A stretch of DNA of 64,000 bases from Carcharhinus amblyrhynchos (GCA_965287045.1 OZ336894.1:35650001-35714000), one strand, 5' to 3'. Shown: positions 25,019 through 38,380, counted from the stretch's first letter. Notes: generated by a model from the sequence alone, not told the origin. Program-made: numbers and translations.

Positions 25019-26639
25019 CATAGAAACAGGGAAGATAGGTGCAGGAGAAGGCCTTTTGGTCCTTTGAGCTTACTCCAGCATTCATCACAATCATGGCTGA
25101 TTGTCCAACTCAGGAACCTAATCCTGCCTTTTCCCTAGAACCTTTGATCCCATTCACCCCAATTGCTACATCGAACCGCTTCTTGAAACATTAAATGTTT
25201 TGGCATCAATCATGGAGCGGCACGATAACACAGTGGTTAGCAGTGCTGCTTCATAGCTTCAGGTACCTGGGTTCGATTCTCAGCATGGGTTACTGTCTGT
25301 GTGGAGTTTGCATGTTCTCCTCATGTCTGTGTGAGTTTCCTCCAGATGCTCTGGTTTCCTCCCACAGTCCAAAATGTGGGGGTTAGGTTAATTGGCCATG
25401 CTAAAATTGCCCCTTAGTATCCAGTGATGTGTAGGTTAGAGGGATTAATGGGTAATTAGATGGAGATAGGGGCCTGGGTGGGATTGTGGTCAGTGCAAAT
25501 TTGATGGGCCCAATGGCCTCTTTCTGCACTGTAGGATTCTATGATTTCTACAAACTACTTCCTGTGGTAATTAATTCCACAGGCTCACCACTGTTTGGGC
25601 AAAGAACTGTCTCCTCATCTCCATCCTAAATGCTCGGATCAGTTCTCAGGCTCCAGCTATTTGCAGATGTAACACAGCTAAGTCCCCACACTATTTTTTT
25701 TATTATATTTCAATCTGGAGACTTCATCATTTTTTAAAGACGGGAAAAATACTTTGAAAAGGGTGAGGCCATGCCTGCCTGTAAGCCTTGACAATAGGAG
25801 CTAATCTAGCAATAGCAAAGAAGTGTATCCCTCGTTATCTCTGAAGACACGCCAATGACTCTGAAGGGAATTATACAAAGGTCACCTACATTTCATAAGC
25901 CAGGCCTGGCCAAGGGAGACTCCGGGTCAGCAAGGTCAAAGGACTCTGGAACATATTGAATGGCAGGGCAGGCTCGAGGGGCTAGATGGCCTACTCCTGC
26001 TCCTATTTCTTACGTTCTTATGTTCTGTCCTTTCAGATTCTTAATAGTTGAAATATTAACAATCTCATGAACCCAGCCAAAGAAAGATATGACCTTTGTC
26101 AAAGCCTAAGTGGAGAAGTGGGAGTCACATGACCTCCTAGCTGGCACAGCAAGTTACACCATCTTGCTGTACTATCAATCAGTCTGCCATCTTCTATCTG
26201 GCAAGCAGCAGCTCAGAACAATGGCTTATGCTAGATGAATGCCTGGGTCCCTTTCTATATTCTTTCTATTGAAATCTCTGAACTCCTGTACCAGGACCTA
26301 TAAGACTTAATAATGTTCATGTGCATCCGTCATCACAGGATTCATTTCAATGGAAAAGTGCATTATCCAGCATTAGCTTTAAGCCTGTCAACCTCTGTGG
26401 AAGATTAAATATTGGACTTTGATTCTGAACTCTGCACTCATGTGAAGCAATATTTTTTTTATTCCCTGGTCTTTGTAATAATTTAAGCATTTATTTCTCT
26501 CAACCTCCTTTTAATCTTTGAGTGAAACTACATTGTGACCTTCCTCCTGTGTTTGCGTGTGTCCAAGTTTACCCTATCTTGAGCTTGCTGTGGAGTTACT
26601 AATAAAAATGAGACCACACCAAAGCTGATGAGATAAGAA

Positions 26640-28470
26640 ATAGGCTGCTGTTTATAAAGCCTCTATCCCAGTTCACTTCAGCTGGCTCAGCTTTTATATC
26701 CACAAAGTAGCCCTTATTTAAATTTAAAGTGCTATTCTTAGACCCACTCTTCTTGCTTTCAAACTGGATGTAAATTCAATCAAATTTTAGCTGCTACAGC
26801 CTTTACTTTGATAATTAATGAATCCTGTCAAATTACACAATACAAAGTCTGATATAACCTGCTCTCTGGTTGGTTCCAGAAGGTGCTGCTCTATCTCAAA
26901 AGTATTCAATGAACTCCTTGTCCAAGCTTCTACAGCCAATCTGATTTCTCCAGTTTATATGCAGGTTAAAATCACCCATGATTTTTGCTGTTCCTTCATC
27001 ACAAGCATCAAATATTTCTCCTTGAATACTTTGTCCTCCATTGCATTGCTATTAAGTATTCTGTAGACCATTCCCACTAATGATTTCTATCCTCCTACTA
27101 TTCCTCATCTCCACTCAAACCGACTCTACATCCTGATCTTCTGAACCAAGGTAGTCACTGACTATTGCACAAAAGCCAATTTTGATTAACAGTGCTACCT
27201 CTTCACCTTTACATATCTTCCTATTTTTCTTGAATATCAAATATCCTTCAATATTCAAGACCCAATCCTTGTCATCCTAAAGCCATGTCTCCATAACAGT
27301 TGTCAGATTTGTTTTACTTCAATGTGCGCTATCAGTTAATTTACTTCATTATGAATACTATGTGCATTCAGATACAGAGCTTTTAATTTTGTCTTTTTGT
27401 TATCTTTATAACATCTGGTCTTGACTGTTGGTATATTCTTAGGAGTAAAGAAGGCTTGCTGCAATTGTATAGAGCCTTGGTGAGGTGGTACCTGGAGGAT
27501 TGCACGAAGCTTTGGACTCCTTACCTAAGGAAGCATATGCGTGTCAAAGAGGGAATGCAATGACGGTTCACTAGACTGATCCCTGGAATGGCAGGATTAT
27601 CCTATGAGGAGATATTGTGGAGCCTTGGACCGTATTCCATAGAAGTTAGGAGAAAGAGAGGTGATCACGTTGAAGCGTACAAAATTATTTTGGTGGTGGA
27701 CAGGCTAAAAGAAAGGATGTGCAAAGATGTTTTTTTCTCTCCTGGCTGGAAGGTGATCTAAAACCAGGGGACACAGTCTCAGAATAAGAGATAGGGCATT
27801 TAAGGCTGTGATGAAGAGAAATATCTTCGCTCAGAGAGCGGAGAAGCTTTGGAATTCTCAACCGCAGACTGAGAGGACCAGTCAGCAAGTATGTTCAAAC
27901 CAGGGATTCATAGGGTTCTCGTATTAAATATATTAAGGGATACAGGTTGAGGTAGAAGATCATCCATTATCTAATTGACTGGCAGACGAGAGTCAAGGGG
28001 CCAAATGGCCTACTTTGGCTCCTCCTTATTAAAGGATACACTGCCTTACAAATATGTGCTAAACAGGGTACTTCAGGGCATAAAGAGCAGCAATAGACCA
28101 TTTGGCCCATCAAGCCTGCTTCAACATTCACAAAGATCATGACTGAACTCCTATTCCACTTTCCTATACTATCCCCATGTCCGCTGATTCCCTGTCTATC
28201 CAAAAATGTCATCATCTCAATCTTGAGTATATTCATCGACTGAGCATTCCATTGTTATCTGCAGCACAGAAGTCCAAAGGTACACAATTCTCAAAAATAC
28301 AAAAATCTCCTCATCTCATTTTAAACGCCTCATCCTGATACCAGCGTCTTTACTTGTTGACTTTTTAGCCAGTGGAGATGTCCTGTTCTCATCCACTTCG
28401 TCAAGACCTCAGAGTTTTGTATGTTCTAATGAGAGCATTCCTGATTCTTCTAAACTCCAGGGAATGGAGG
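26640..28470. mobile_element. Cluster of old CR1 fragments in both orientations
   Basis: Endonuclease-region remnant on minus (about 26640-27430), 3' ORF2 and tail on plus (about 27440-28030), tail region on minus (about 28075-28470). Confidence 0.65.
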
Positions 28471-28574
28471 TCTATTCCATCGAAAAATTATGGTGCAGAT
28501 GGTCAGCCCATCAGGTCTGTGCTGGAGAGAAAAGAAACTAGCCGTTCATTTTAATCCCATTTCCCAGTTCCTGT

Positions 28575-28917
28575 GGGTGGCACTGTAGCATAGTGGTTAG
28601 CACTGCTGCTTCACAGCTTCAGGGTCCTGGGTTCGATTCTCGGCTCGGGTCACTGTCTGTGTGGAGTTTGCACATTCTCCTCGTGTCTGCGTGGGTTTCC
28701 TCCGGGTGCTCCGATTTCCTCCCACAGTCCAAAGATGTCCGGGTTAGGTTGATTGACCATGCTAAGAAATAGCCCCTTGGTGTCCAGGGATGCATAGGTT
28801 AGAGGGATTTAATGCATATAATATGTAGGGACATGGGGGTAGGGCCTGGGTGGGATTGTGTTCAGTGCAGACTCGATGGGCCGAAGGGCCTCTTTCTGCA
28901 CTGTAGGGTTCTATGAT
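28575..28917 (+). mobile_element. HE1-like SINE, type A (full length)
   Basis: Same head, core and tail as 19801-20146. Further type A copies at about 1068-1383(+), 8683-8960(-), 16470-16690(-), 22066-22380(-), 24005-24308(-), 25215-25548(+), 53135-53432(+) and 56650-56990(-). Confidence 0.9.
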
Positions 28918-29416
28918 GCCCATGACAAACTCCATACCTTTGCCATGACCTCCACCCCTCTCCCTGGCAACTATCTGAGGCTAAACCAGGCTGTTCACAT
29001 CTTGGGTGCCATATTTGACCTTGAGATGGGCTTTCTACCACATATCCACACTGTCGCTCTGACCACCTATTTCTACTTCAATATTGTCACATATCTCCAA
29101 TGCTACCTCAGCCCTTCTGCAGCCAGGACTCTCATCCATGCTTTTGTTCCATCCTGACTTATGGGGTGTGATTTTCTGGCCTCACTCGCCCCAAAATCCC
29201 ATCTGAAGTCAATGGGCCTTTCCATGGTTAGCCCCTTGCCCGCTCTGATTCCCACGTGGGACGGTAAAATTTTCCCCAGGGACTCTTAGTTGGCTTCTCA
29301 TGTTCTATCCTCCCTAAACTTCAGATCACCTGAAACTCTGTCCTAGCATGCACCTTTATCACCTCCGTATTCCCACACTCCCACAGTCAAAAGATGTGCT
29401 AGTTAGAGTGGTTGGC

Positions 29417-30411
29417 CATGATGTGGAGATGCCGGCGTTGGACTGGGGTAAACACAGTAAGAAGTTTCACAACACCAGGTTAAAGTCCAACAGATTTATT
29501 TGGTAGCACAAGCCATTGGTTTTCGGAGCCGCTGTCCCTTCATCAGATGAGTGGGAGTTCTGTTCACAAACAGGGCACATAATGCCACATCCTGAAAACC
29601 AAGATAGAGTCCATATTCTCAACTTGCGCTCAGGACTCAGACCAGCTACGAAACTCTGCCAAGCAGACTAGACAAAGGAACTACGCCATCTACACGCACA
29701 CCAAGAACAGGAAACTTGAGAAACCCGGCATCACCATCAGCAGCCACCAAGCCTCCCCGGGTACCACAGTAGAAAATGGTACTACTGCAGGGAAGTCCAT
29801 TGTCAACTTGTCGAACTACACTTCAACCAGATGAAGTAAAAGTTCTCAGCCGAGGGCTCAATTTCTGCTCTGCCACCAAAAGAGGTCTCACAGCAGACAC
29901 AGAGGAATTCATCAGTGAATGAGGCTGCGGGAGTTCTTCCACAAACCCCAAGAGACCAACAGTGGACACAATGAGACAGCCAATGAACCAGAACAGCTGA
30001 CAGAGAGATCACAGTGCAGCAACCGAAGGGGAAAGAGTTGAATTGGACTCCTCTGGAAGGCTGCTGCCCTCAACTTAACATATATGCCCAAGCCATCAGG
30101 AGATGCGTCAATGCCAGATTCACACTATCTGTTACTCTGGGCTTGCAAAATCTCACTGACTGTCCTGGCTGGAGACAATACACATCTCTTTAACCCGTGC
30201 TTAACCCTCTCTCCACTCACATTTCTGTACCTTTAAGACTTGATTATCTGTAAATCCAACCATTATTTTGTAAATTGAGCTTGTGTCTTTATATGCCCTG
30301 TTTGTGAACAAAACTCCCACTCACCTGATGAAGGGGCAGCGCTCCGAAAACTAGTGGCTTGTGTTACCAAATAAAGCTGTTGGACTTTAACTGGTGTTGT
30401 GAGTCTTCTTA
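29417..30411 (+). mobile_element. Internally deleted Penelope-like retroelement with inverted pLTRs
   Basis: About 125-bp inverted repeats (29458-29582 vs about 30290-30411) and a one-sided extension of about 40 bp. A frameshifted ORF remnant KSIVNLSNYT/LQPDEVKVLSRGLNFC (29793-29868) resembles the PLE N-terminal RT region. Both repeats contain hammerhead cores. Confidence 0.82.
30317..30357 (+). ncRNA. Minimal hammerhead ribozyme motif in a PLE pLTR
   Basis: cac-CTGATGA(30325-30331)-aGGGGC agc GCTCC-GAAA(30346-30349)-ACTA-gtgg: both conserved core boxes, stem II, and a short cac/gtg stem I. Confidence 0.7.
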
Positions 30412-31099
30412 AGAGTGAGTGGCATAGTGGTTAGCACTGCTGCCTCACAGCCCAGGAACTTGGCTTCATTTCTGGCCTCAGGTGATTATCTGTGTGGAGT
30501 TGGCACACCATGTTTTCCCTGCATCTGTGTGGGTTTCCTCCATGGGAAACTGAAGCACCGGGAAGAAACCCACGCAGATATGGGGAGAATGTGCAAACTC
30601 CACGCAGGCAGTGACCAAATCAGGAATTGAACCCGGGTCCCTGGAGCTGTTGAGGCAGCAGTGCTAACCACTGTGCCACCATGCCAGCCAATAGAGTGAG
30701 ACATTTTTGTTACGAGCACACAAAGGAAATAGTTTCCTCAAACTTTCTCGTGCGCTATGCTGCAGTAGCTTCAATATTTTGCTCAGTTGCCCAACTGGAC
30801 TTCATTAACCGAACTGCTGGTAAAATATGCCAAATTTCTGGTGAAAGTAAAAACATTCTTGTCAGAGCGGGAGAAGCTGGAGGAAATCAAGAGAGACAAT
30901 CTCATCCTGTCTGCTTACTGGGGGGCTTTCCAGTGCTATGGGTTGTCGTGGCACACTCTGGATGTTGTGATACCAGAGCACAAGATGCCAATGCTCCCCC
31001 ATTGACTGAAAGCATTACACCCCACCCCACCCTCCACTCCCCCACAACCCCCCGTCCCCCCATCAACACGACTCCACTTTCAGTTCATGTCTTTCTTAC

Positions 31100-31322
31100 C
31101 TTTCTCGAGGCATCTGGTGGTTGGGGTTGTGACGGCAGCGGATACTGAGGCTGAAGAGCTTGCGGGCAGTGCGTTGGATTTTAAGCTTCAATGTCTCCAC
31201 AGAGCTCTGGAGCATTTTGTACCGTGCCTGAAGATCCCAGTCATTGCCCCAGAGCTGATGGACACTCCCCACCGTCAGGAAATGTGTGGTGGGCAGACGC
31301 TTCAAGAACGACTTGAACTCAT
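31100..31322 (-). CDS. BRINP1: BRINP1 penultimate coding exon (exon 7), 223 bp
   Basis: Encodes (D)[52 protein letters not shown]. Acceptor is ctatttcttccAG and donor is AG|gtaaga. Phase is compatible with both neighbouring exons. Confidence 0.96.
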
Positions 31323-32782
31323 CTGGAAGAAATAGGGACAGACGGGGCATTAAACGGGGAGTTCCTCAGTGCCATAGGAGAATCCCTCTTCAGATACCCT
31401 TCCCCCTCCCCAACAGCAGGTCTCACGGGGGTGGAGGCAGCAGCCCTTCATTGGCTGACTACAACATCTACTGGTCCCTCCACCATCAACGGGGCTCCCG
31501 TTTTATACTCTTCCTCACAGCCGGGAAACCTGAAGCGGTGAGAGGGCATTTACCATCAGCAAGACTGGAAGATCCCATGCCAGGAATAGCTGGAAAATTC
31601 CGGCCTACGTTTCAAATTTGGAAATGAGTTGAACGCAGTGCTGAGGATCTGGTATTTTCGAAGTGAGACTTTTTATTGCAAGGTTAGGTGGCTGGGAAGC
31701 AAATGAAGTTTATTCGTGTCACAAGTAGGCTTACATTAACGCTGCAATGAAGTTACTGTGAAAATCCCCCAGTCGTCACACTCTGGCACCTGTTCGGTTA
31801 CACTGAGGGAGAGTTTAGCATGGCCAGTGCACCTAACCAGCACATCTTTTGAACTACGGGAGGAAACCGGAGCATCCGGGAGAAACCCACGCAGACACGG
31901 GGAGAACATGCAGATTCCGCACAGTTGGTGACCCAAGCTAGGAATCGAACCTGGATCCCTGGTGCTGTAAGGCAGCAGGGCTGTGCCACCCTGCTGCCCA
32001 GGTCAAGGTTATGTCACAAGTGTGGCCACTTACTGGAGTTTGCAACAGCATGTTAACATCATGCCAAATCATCATAGTGCCACATATTCCGGGCTCACTT
32101 TAAAATCTTAGCAGTGTGCCATAACAACAGCAAACGTTGAGTGTGATCTCCACACTGTGCTGGGTACACTATTATCGGCTTGGGGTTGTCTTCGACTGAA
32201 GAGAGCTGGAAACTATGCCATCACACACCTGCGAGTATTCATTGACTACTCACAGAGAGGGATTTCAGCAAGATTCCATTCGAGGCTTCTACCATCTTGT
32301 TCCAATTACATCATCTGACGTCACTTGTAATGCATTCCAACCTTAAGCACAATAGCCCTGATAGAGGTCTATCTTCTCTGGCTTGGGTAGCCACCTTCCA
32401 ATTTGAAATATCAACTGTGATGATGTATTTTCACTATTTCATGAGCATTTCATTCAGGTATAAGACTCCACACGTATTGTTACAGTTTCCAAAATTCAGC
32501 TGTTTTGTTTCTCTCTCAGTCACCACTGGGCATTTGGGAGCACCGTCCACTGTCACAGGTGCCTCCAAGAAAGTAACCTTGGGACGGAAGCTGTGTCGGA
32601 TTTTGAGCCGGGCAGTTTGGGTCAAGTCAGCTGGGGTGGTTCAAGGATCACTAAAAGCTTTGGAATAGGTCAACAAGCAAGTGGCAAAGGGGACAACAGC
32701 TGGTTTGGCTCCACAGCTGGTTTGGGTCAATGCCAAATTGCCCAGGTAATTTTTGTTTTGTATTTTATACTAATAAAATTGA

Positions 32783-33350
32783 CATAGAATCCCTACAGTG
32801 CAGAAGGAGGCCATTCGGCCCATTGTGTCTGTACAGACCACAATCCTACCCAGGCCGTACTCCCGTAACCCCACACATTTACCCCGCTGTGGGCGGCACG
32901 GTGGCACAGTGGTTAACACTGCTGCCTCACGACACCAGTTACCCAGGTTCAATTCCCAGCTCGGGTCACTGTCTGTGTGGAGTTTGCACATTCTCCTCGT
33001 GTCTGCGTGGATCTCCGTCGGGTGCTCCGGTTTCCTTTCATAGTCCAAAGATGTGCAGGTTAGGTGGATCAACTATGCTAAATTTCCCCCTAGAATCAGG
33101 GGGACTAGCTGGGGTGAATGCATGGGGTTGTGGGGATGGGGCTGGATGGGATTATGGTTGGTGCAAACTTGATGGGCCAAATAGCCTCCTTCTGTACTGC
33201 AGGGATTCTATGATTCTATGATAATCCCCCTGACACTAAGGGGCAATTTAGCACGGGCAATCTACCCAATCCACACATCTTTGGCATGTGGGAGGAAACT
33301 GGAGCACGTGGAGGAAATCCACGCAGTCACGGGGAGAAGGTGCAAACTCT
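32783..33350. mobile_element. Nested SINEs: plus-strand type A copy (about 32891-33222) inside a minus-strand type A copy
   Basis: The outer element breaks at ..atttaccccgct and resumes at aatccccctgacactaag. Confidence 0.85.
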
Positions 33351-33975
33351 GATTTTTGGGATCTGGCTGCATGCACACTAAATCACATCAGAAGAACTTA
33401 ACTGACTGCAGAGAGTTTTGAAATAGATCATAAAAGGCTGCATATAAATGCAAGTTTCTTTTTTCTTCTATTCAGTGTGCTTGTTCTTGCATGAGGGTGA
33501 AACTGGGCTTCCCGCAGCAGCAGGGCAGCTTGTGGAAGTTTAAGACATGGAAATGGGGAAAACAGTGATTTCCACACAGCTGTTGCACACAGGAGGAAGT
33601 TTTGGTCTGGAGCTGCACTGAAGCTCAGTTTTAGTCTGGGGCATGCGTAAAGAGTCAGAGTTTGAGGAAAAATGATGAACAAGGGACAAGTAAAAAGTAG
33701 GCAAGGGGGCTGAAAAAAAACACTCACATCCGAGGCCAGGACCCAAGTAGGGACGGAACTAACCATAGGTTCCTGTCCCACCACAGTGGCACAATGCAGA
33801 GTCCCAGATATTTGGATTTATTCTCTTCACAATTTCTGAATTTATTGTTGCAAAAAAAGAGGGCTCAGAACAAGTGAGTCAGCTAATCCATTCACAACTC
33901 TGTGTTGCAGTCTGGTTATCGTAATATTCTTAGCTGCCATTGGGATATCTTGCCTCGGTACAATAAATAACTAAG

Positions 33976-34085
33976 GGTGGGATTCACCAAACCAGACAAT
34001 CCTGCCTGAGGTCAATGGACCTTTCTGTGGTCCACCCCCGCCTGCTATGATTCCTGTGGTGGGTGGGATGGGTGGAATTCCCCCC
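33976..34085. mobile_element. Short MITE-like element (about 110-130 bp family)
   Basis: Termini gggtgggattc..gaattcccccc flanked by TAA on both sides, with internal gaggtcaatggaccttt. Relatives at about 1910-2035, 8395-8550, 13775-13890, 14255-14372, 20865-21000, 23190-23293, 29163-29280 and 52770-52897. Confidence 0.65.
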
Positions 34086-34403
34086 TAAGTATTTTGGAGC
34101 GGAGGCTTATTGTTTCATGAATGTGAGAAGCCAATAAATTACCAGCACCGATTGACTTATGCCAGTGTTAGCCATGACCTAAATTAAGTGAGACACAGTC
34201 TCATTTCCTTATCTCGTTCTCTTCTGGATGATGGAGTTATAAACCTGTCAGTCCCCCTTCCAAGTATCCATGAGTGTACAGTGAGTGTTGGCCGATTACT
34301 CAAAGAGGGGAGAGGACATCTTGCACAACCCCAATATCTGCATTTGCACCCTATTTATGGCATGTTCATTGTTTTGTTAAGGGACACATTGTTTAATTAA
34401 GTA

Positions 34404-34545
34404 CAGTAAGAAATCGCACAACACCAGGTTATAGTCCAAATTATGTGGAGTGATCCCAAATAAATCTGTTGGACTTTAAACTGGTGTTGCGAAACTTTCG
34501 TATGTGCCCACCCCAGTTCAATGCCAGCATCTCCACATCATTTCG
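34404..34545. mobile_element. Short fold-back PLE pLTR derivative, hammerhead part deleted
   Basis: Same terminal sequences as 29417, 45526 and 47133. Possible TSD TTAAGTA at 34397-34403 and 34546-34552. Confidence 0.7.
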
Positions 34546-35264
34546 TTAAGTATCCAGGGCACTTATAAAGAGAGACTGCTGGGACATTTGATTCGTGGTT
34601 AGGAGGCAGACACGCTGCACTCTATAATAAGACAAAGCATGAAGAAAAGGATTTGTGTCATTCTACGTGCTTCAGCATCTGGCTTGGGAGCCATTTAAAC
34701 ACCCTCTTTTTAATAAGGATCACTGGATGATGATCAGAGACATGCAACATGGCTGGTTGCTCCCCTAGCACTGAATGGAGTGTGACGGTCAACCGTTGGA
34801 TTTTAATTGCTGCCGCAAGCCCAATCAGGACAGACAAAGGATTGAACTTGATGCATTTACCACCAAGTCACAAGGGAGCGTCCGGGTTTGCTCAGTTTGT
34901 GAACCCATACATCATTTGAAAGGGAACAAAAAGACAAAAATCAATCACTGTGGTCATTAAACTAAGGACTTTTGTCACTTGCTCGGGGATTTTTTTTTTG
35001 CAAAGGCTTATTTCTTGGAAAAAATCCAGAACTGTCACAGTTACCACACCATTCTGGCTGCTGTGACATTAGTGAGATGACTGTGACATTCAAGTCGATG
35101 AGATGAAAGAACAAGCAAACTTTTGAAGTAAGCGCAAGAAGAATTGCCAATGGGAGATTCTGGAAAGAGCCTTTCTTCACAATAGCTCTTGTTCCTCTAA
35201 GCCGCGTGGCAATGTAATTATTCAAAAATGTGCATTTTTTAATCCCACTCTCGGTTTAATTTAC

Positions 35265-35501
35265 CTGAAGTTTCAAAATCTTTGTATGCCGTGTTCCAGG
35301 ACTCGGATAGTCCTGCCAGGGTATTTTCCATCAGCTGGATGTCGGTGATGGGGCAGTTGCACTGCGGGAATTCCAATGCACATTGACAAGCGCACTGACT
35401 GTTTCTGCAGATGTATTCACCCTCTCCATTGCACATGATGTAACTCAGAGCTGACTGAACAAACTTCTCCCTCAGGTAATCAGGAAGAACAACCTGGAGA
35501 C
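35265..35501 (-). CDS. BRINP1: BRINP1 internal coding exon (exon 6), 237 bp: end of MACPF region and Cys-rich segment
   Basis: Encodes (G)[68 protein letters not shown]. Acceptor is ctttctgttcctgcAG and donor is CAG|gtaaat. G|AT joins the next exon as Asp. Confidence 0.96.
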
Positions 35502-37759
35502 CTGCAGGAACAGAAAGCAAAGGGAAAAAAGCATTATTGACTTTATTTTAATTCAGCTCCTGTCACCAGAGTGCAGAACTGCTGGTCAACTTGGCAAGGC
35601 CTGCAGTGCAATGCCTCATCTCCTTTAACGACGCAATTCTTCACAGCAATTAAGTTCCACAAAAGGACGGAATATTTCAAGAAGTGAGCGGCTACGGAAC
35701 AGGGAAATTAAATCTGCCAAAAATTAATTTGGGCTCGCAGGAAGACTCTGCTCGGTAAGGGGGCTCTTTTTTATATTTGTAACAACTTGGCTCCTGATTC
35801 CAGTTTGAGTTTCTGCAGTGCAATAGGCTTACTTCCGTAAGAAGGACTAAGAGGCTGGTAATTTTATAATGCCGCATTAATCTCTCTCACTCGGAGATAG
35901 TTCAAACAAGAAGCAAGTTGCAACCAAAATAAATTGATGTTGGTGTGGGGGCAAGTGACCAGTTGCCTCAATAATTGAGGAAAGGTCAGCAGAAATTCGC
36001 GGTGTGCTGCCGGTGGGACTGGAGAATCCAGCCGGTGTAGGTGGCTGGAAGATTCTTTTTTGAGGAGCATGAGACAAAGCATGAAACAATGTTAATGGCT
36101 GGAATCAAATAGGAATATTTGATTTCTGTTGCAAAGATATTATGAGAATACTTTATTGGGCTGTAAAGTCTGCCTCACCAAACTGAATAAGATGGTAACT
36201 GTAGCAGATGAGAAATGATCTGAGGAAATAGGAAGGTAAGCCAAGGAAAAAGGACACAGCATACAAACCTTTAAAGAACTTAATTTGACAATCTGGCCAT
36301 CACCTGAGGCACTGGAACTATACAGCAAGGGATCAAGAATCAAAGACCACTTTGACATGAAATTATTAATATGGCCTAAAGATTAAGAAAAAAATTAAAT
36401 GGTCAAGGCAATAAAAAAATTAACTTGAAAAGAATCATAAGATGGCTCTAGCCAGACAGAGTAAAAAAATAATTGAACTGATCATCCAAGGACAACACAA
36501 AAAAAAACTTCAGAACAAGTTACTACAAAGTGGATGCAGGTAAATGGGGATGGGTGGATGTATTACTGACCATATTGATGTGCCTGTGTGATACAACAAG
36601 TAGAACCATAGGAGTGATACCATGTTGACAGGCAATGTTCCGTGCTGGAGGTCCCAGAGGGAACTGCCTGGAAGTGAGATTCTGGATCATTGAAAGAGAG
36701 GATAAGAAGGATGGACATGTGGACATGAGAACATGGTGTTAGCATTGAAATGGTGAGCGGCAGGAAGGGTGGGGTCATGCCTGGGAACTGGCCAAAAGTG
36801 TTGCACAATGCGGTCATCCAGTCTGTGTTTAGTGCACCAATTACAGGAATTAATAGTTATTCAGGAGACATGAGAGACTCAATAACATTTCTGATGAGTC
36901 CACCACAGCAACATAATAACAGAACATATCAGGGTGGGTACAAATTGAAATTCCTGTGAGTGGAAGGAAATCAGTGTACATGTCACGTAGGAGGTACATC
37001 ATTAAGTCATCTGCCCCTGCAATGCTTCGAAACTCCATCAGTAACAAATCTGCCATTGTGGTCAAACACCTTGAAGGGGCCTTCAAGGCATTTCAAACCT
37101 CTCCCTATATGGTGGTGTTTCTGATGAACAGGATATTATTCTTGAAAGGGGGATCAGTGTGCAATAATAACCATACATTCTACTCACAGATCACTGACTC
37201 CTTTACAGCGGAGGGCCTTCAGAGATAGGAGATCAGAGGGAGTGAGGTGGTTGGAAATCCTGAAGGAAGGCATTTGGAGATCGCAGGACATGGTGGTGGT
37301 GGTGGGGGTGGGGGCGGCTGCTGTCAGAGATCACAGACAGACATTTGTAGATTAGAGTACTGGGATCGACAGAGATTACAGGGGCATTTTCAATCAAGGG
37401 TGGGGGGGAGGGCAGCAGGCAGTCAGATCTCATGGGATCCAATCACGGGCTGTGTAAAGGTCATTGTGGTACTGTGGGATGCACTCCTCCTGTTCTCCTC
37501 TTTACCCACAAGCAGTGCTGGGAATGCAGTTATTTCAGGAATCTGGCCCTTCTTGCCTCTTTTCACCAGCCACGTATCCAAAAAAACCAGGAAATCCAGC
37601 CAACATGCATCAGCTGTGGCTCAGATGGCAGCACGTACTCCCCAGAGTAGGATGTCACCACTGTCCAGAGAAGTCTCCTGTAAGTGGCTAATGGAGAGAG
37701 TTCTGGCTCCCATCTACGCAATAAGTGTTGCTTTTCAAAGCAGCTCTCTGGTGCCATAG

Positions 37760-38380
37760 CACTATTTTGAAGAAGAATAGGAGTAGATGATGTTGCAGCT
37801 GTATAGAGTGCTGGTGAGGCCACACTTGGAGTACTGAGTACAGTTTTGGTCTCCTTACTTGAGAAAGGATATACTGGCACTGGAAGGGGTGCAGAGGACA
37901 ATTCACTAGGTTGATTCCAGAGTTGAGAGGCTTAGTTTATGAGGAGAGACTGAGTAGATTGGGACCATGCGCATTGGAATTCAGAAGAATGTGGGGAGAT
38001 CCGACAGAAACATATATGATTATGAAGGGAAATAGATAAGATAGAGGCAAGGAAGTTGTTTCCACTGGCAGGTGAAACAAGAACTAGGGGGCATAGCCTC
38101 AAAATAGGGGTAAGCGGATTTAGGACTGAGTTGAGGAGGGACTTCTTCACACAAAGGGTTGTGAATCTGTGGAATTCCCTGCCCAGTGAAGCAGTTGAGG
38201 CTACCTCATTGAATGTTTTTAAGGCAAGGATAGATAAATTTTTGAACAGTAAAGGAATTAAGGGTTATGGTGAGCGGGCGGGTAAGTGGAGCTGAGTCCA
38301 TAAAAAGATCAGCCATGATCTTATTGAATGGTGGAGCAGGCTTGAGGGGACAGATGGCCTACTCCTGCTCCTAGTTCTTA
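37760..38380 (+). mobile_element. CR1 LINE 3' fragment
   Basis: FPLAGETRTRGHSLKI..RRDFFTQRVVNLWNSLP..GYGERAGKWS plus tail. Close to the young element at 49.6 kb. Confidence 0.9.

Noticed and set aside
25668-26630. Second possible LTR
   Set aside because: It starts TGTAACA and has an LTR-like composition, but no matching 3' terminus or TSD could be identified.
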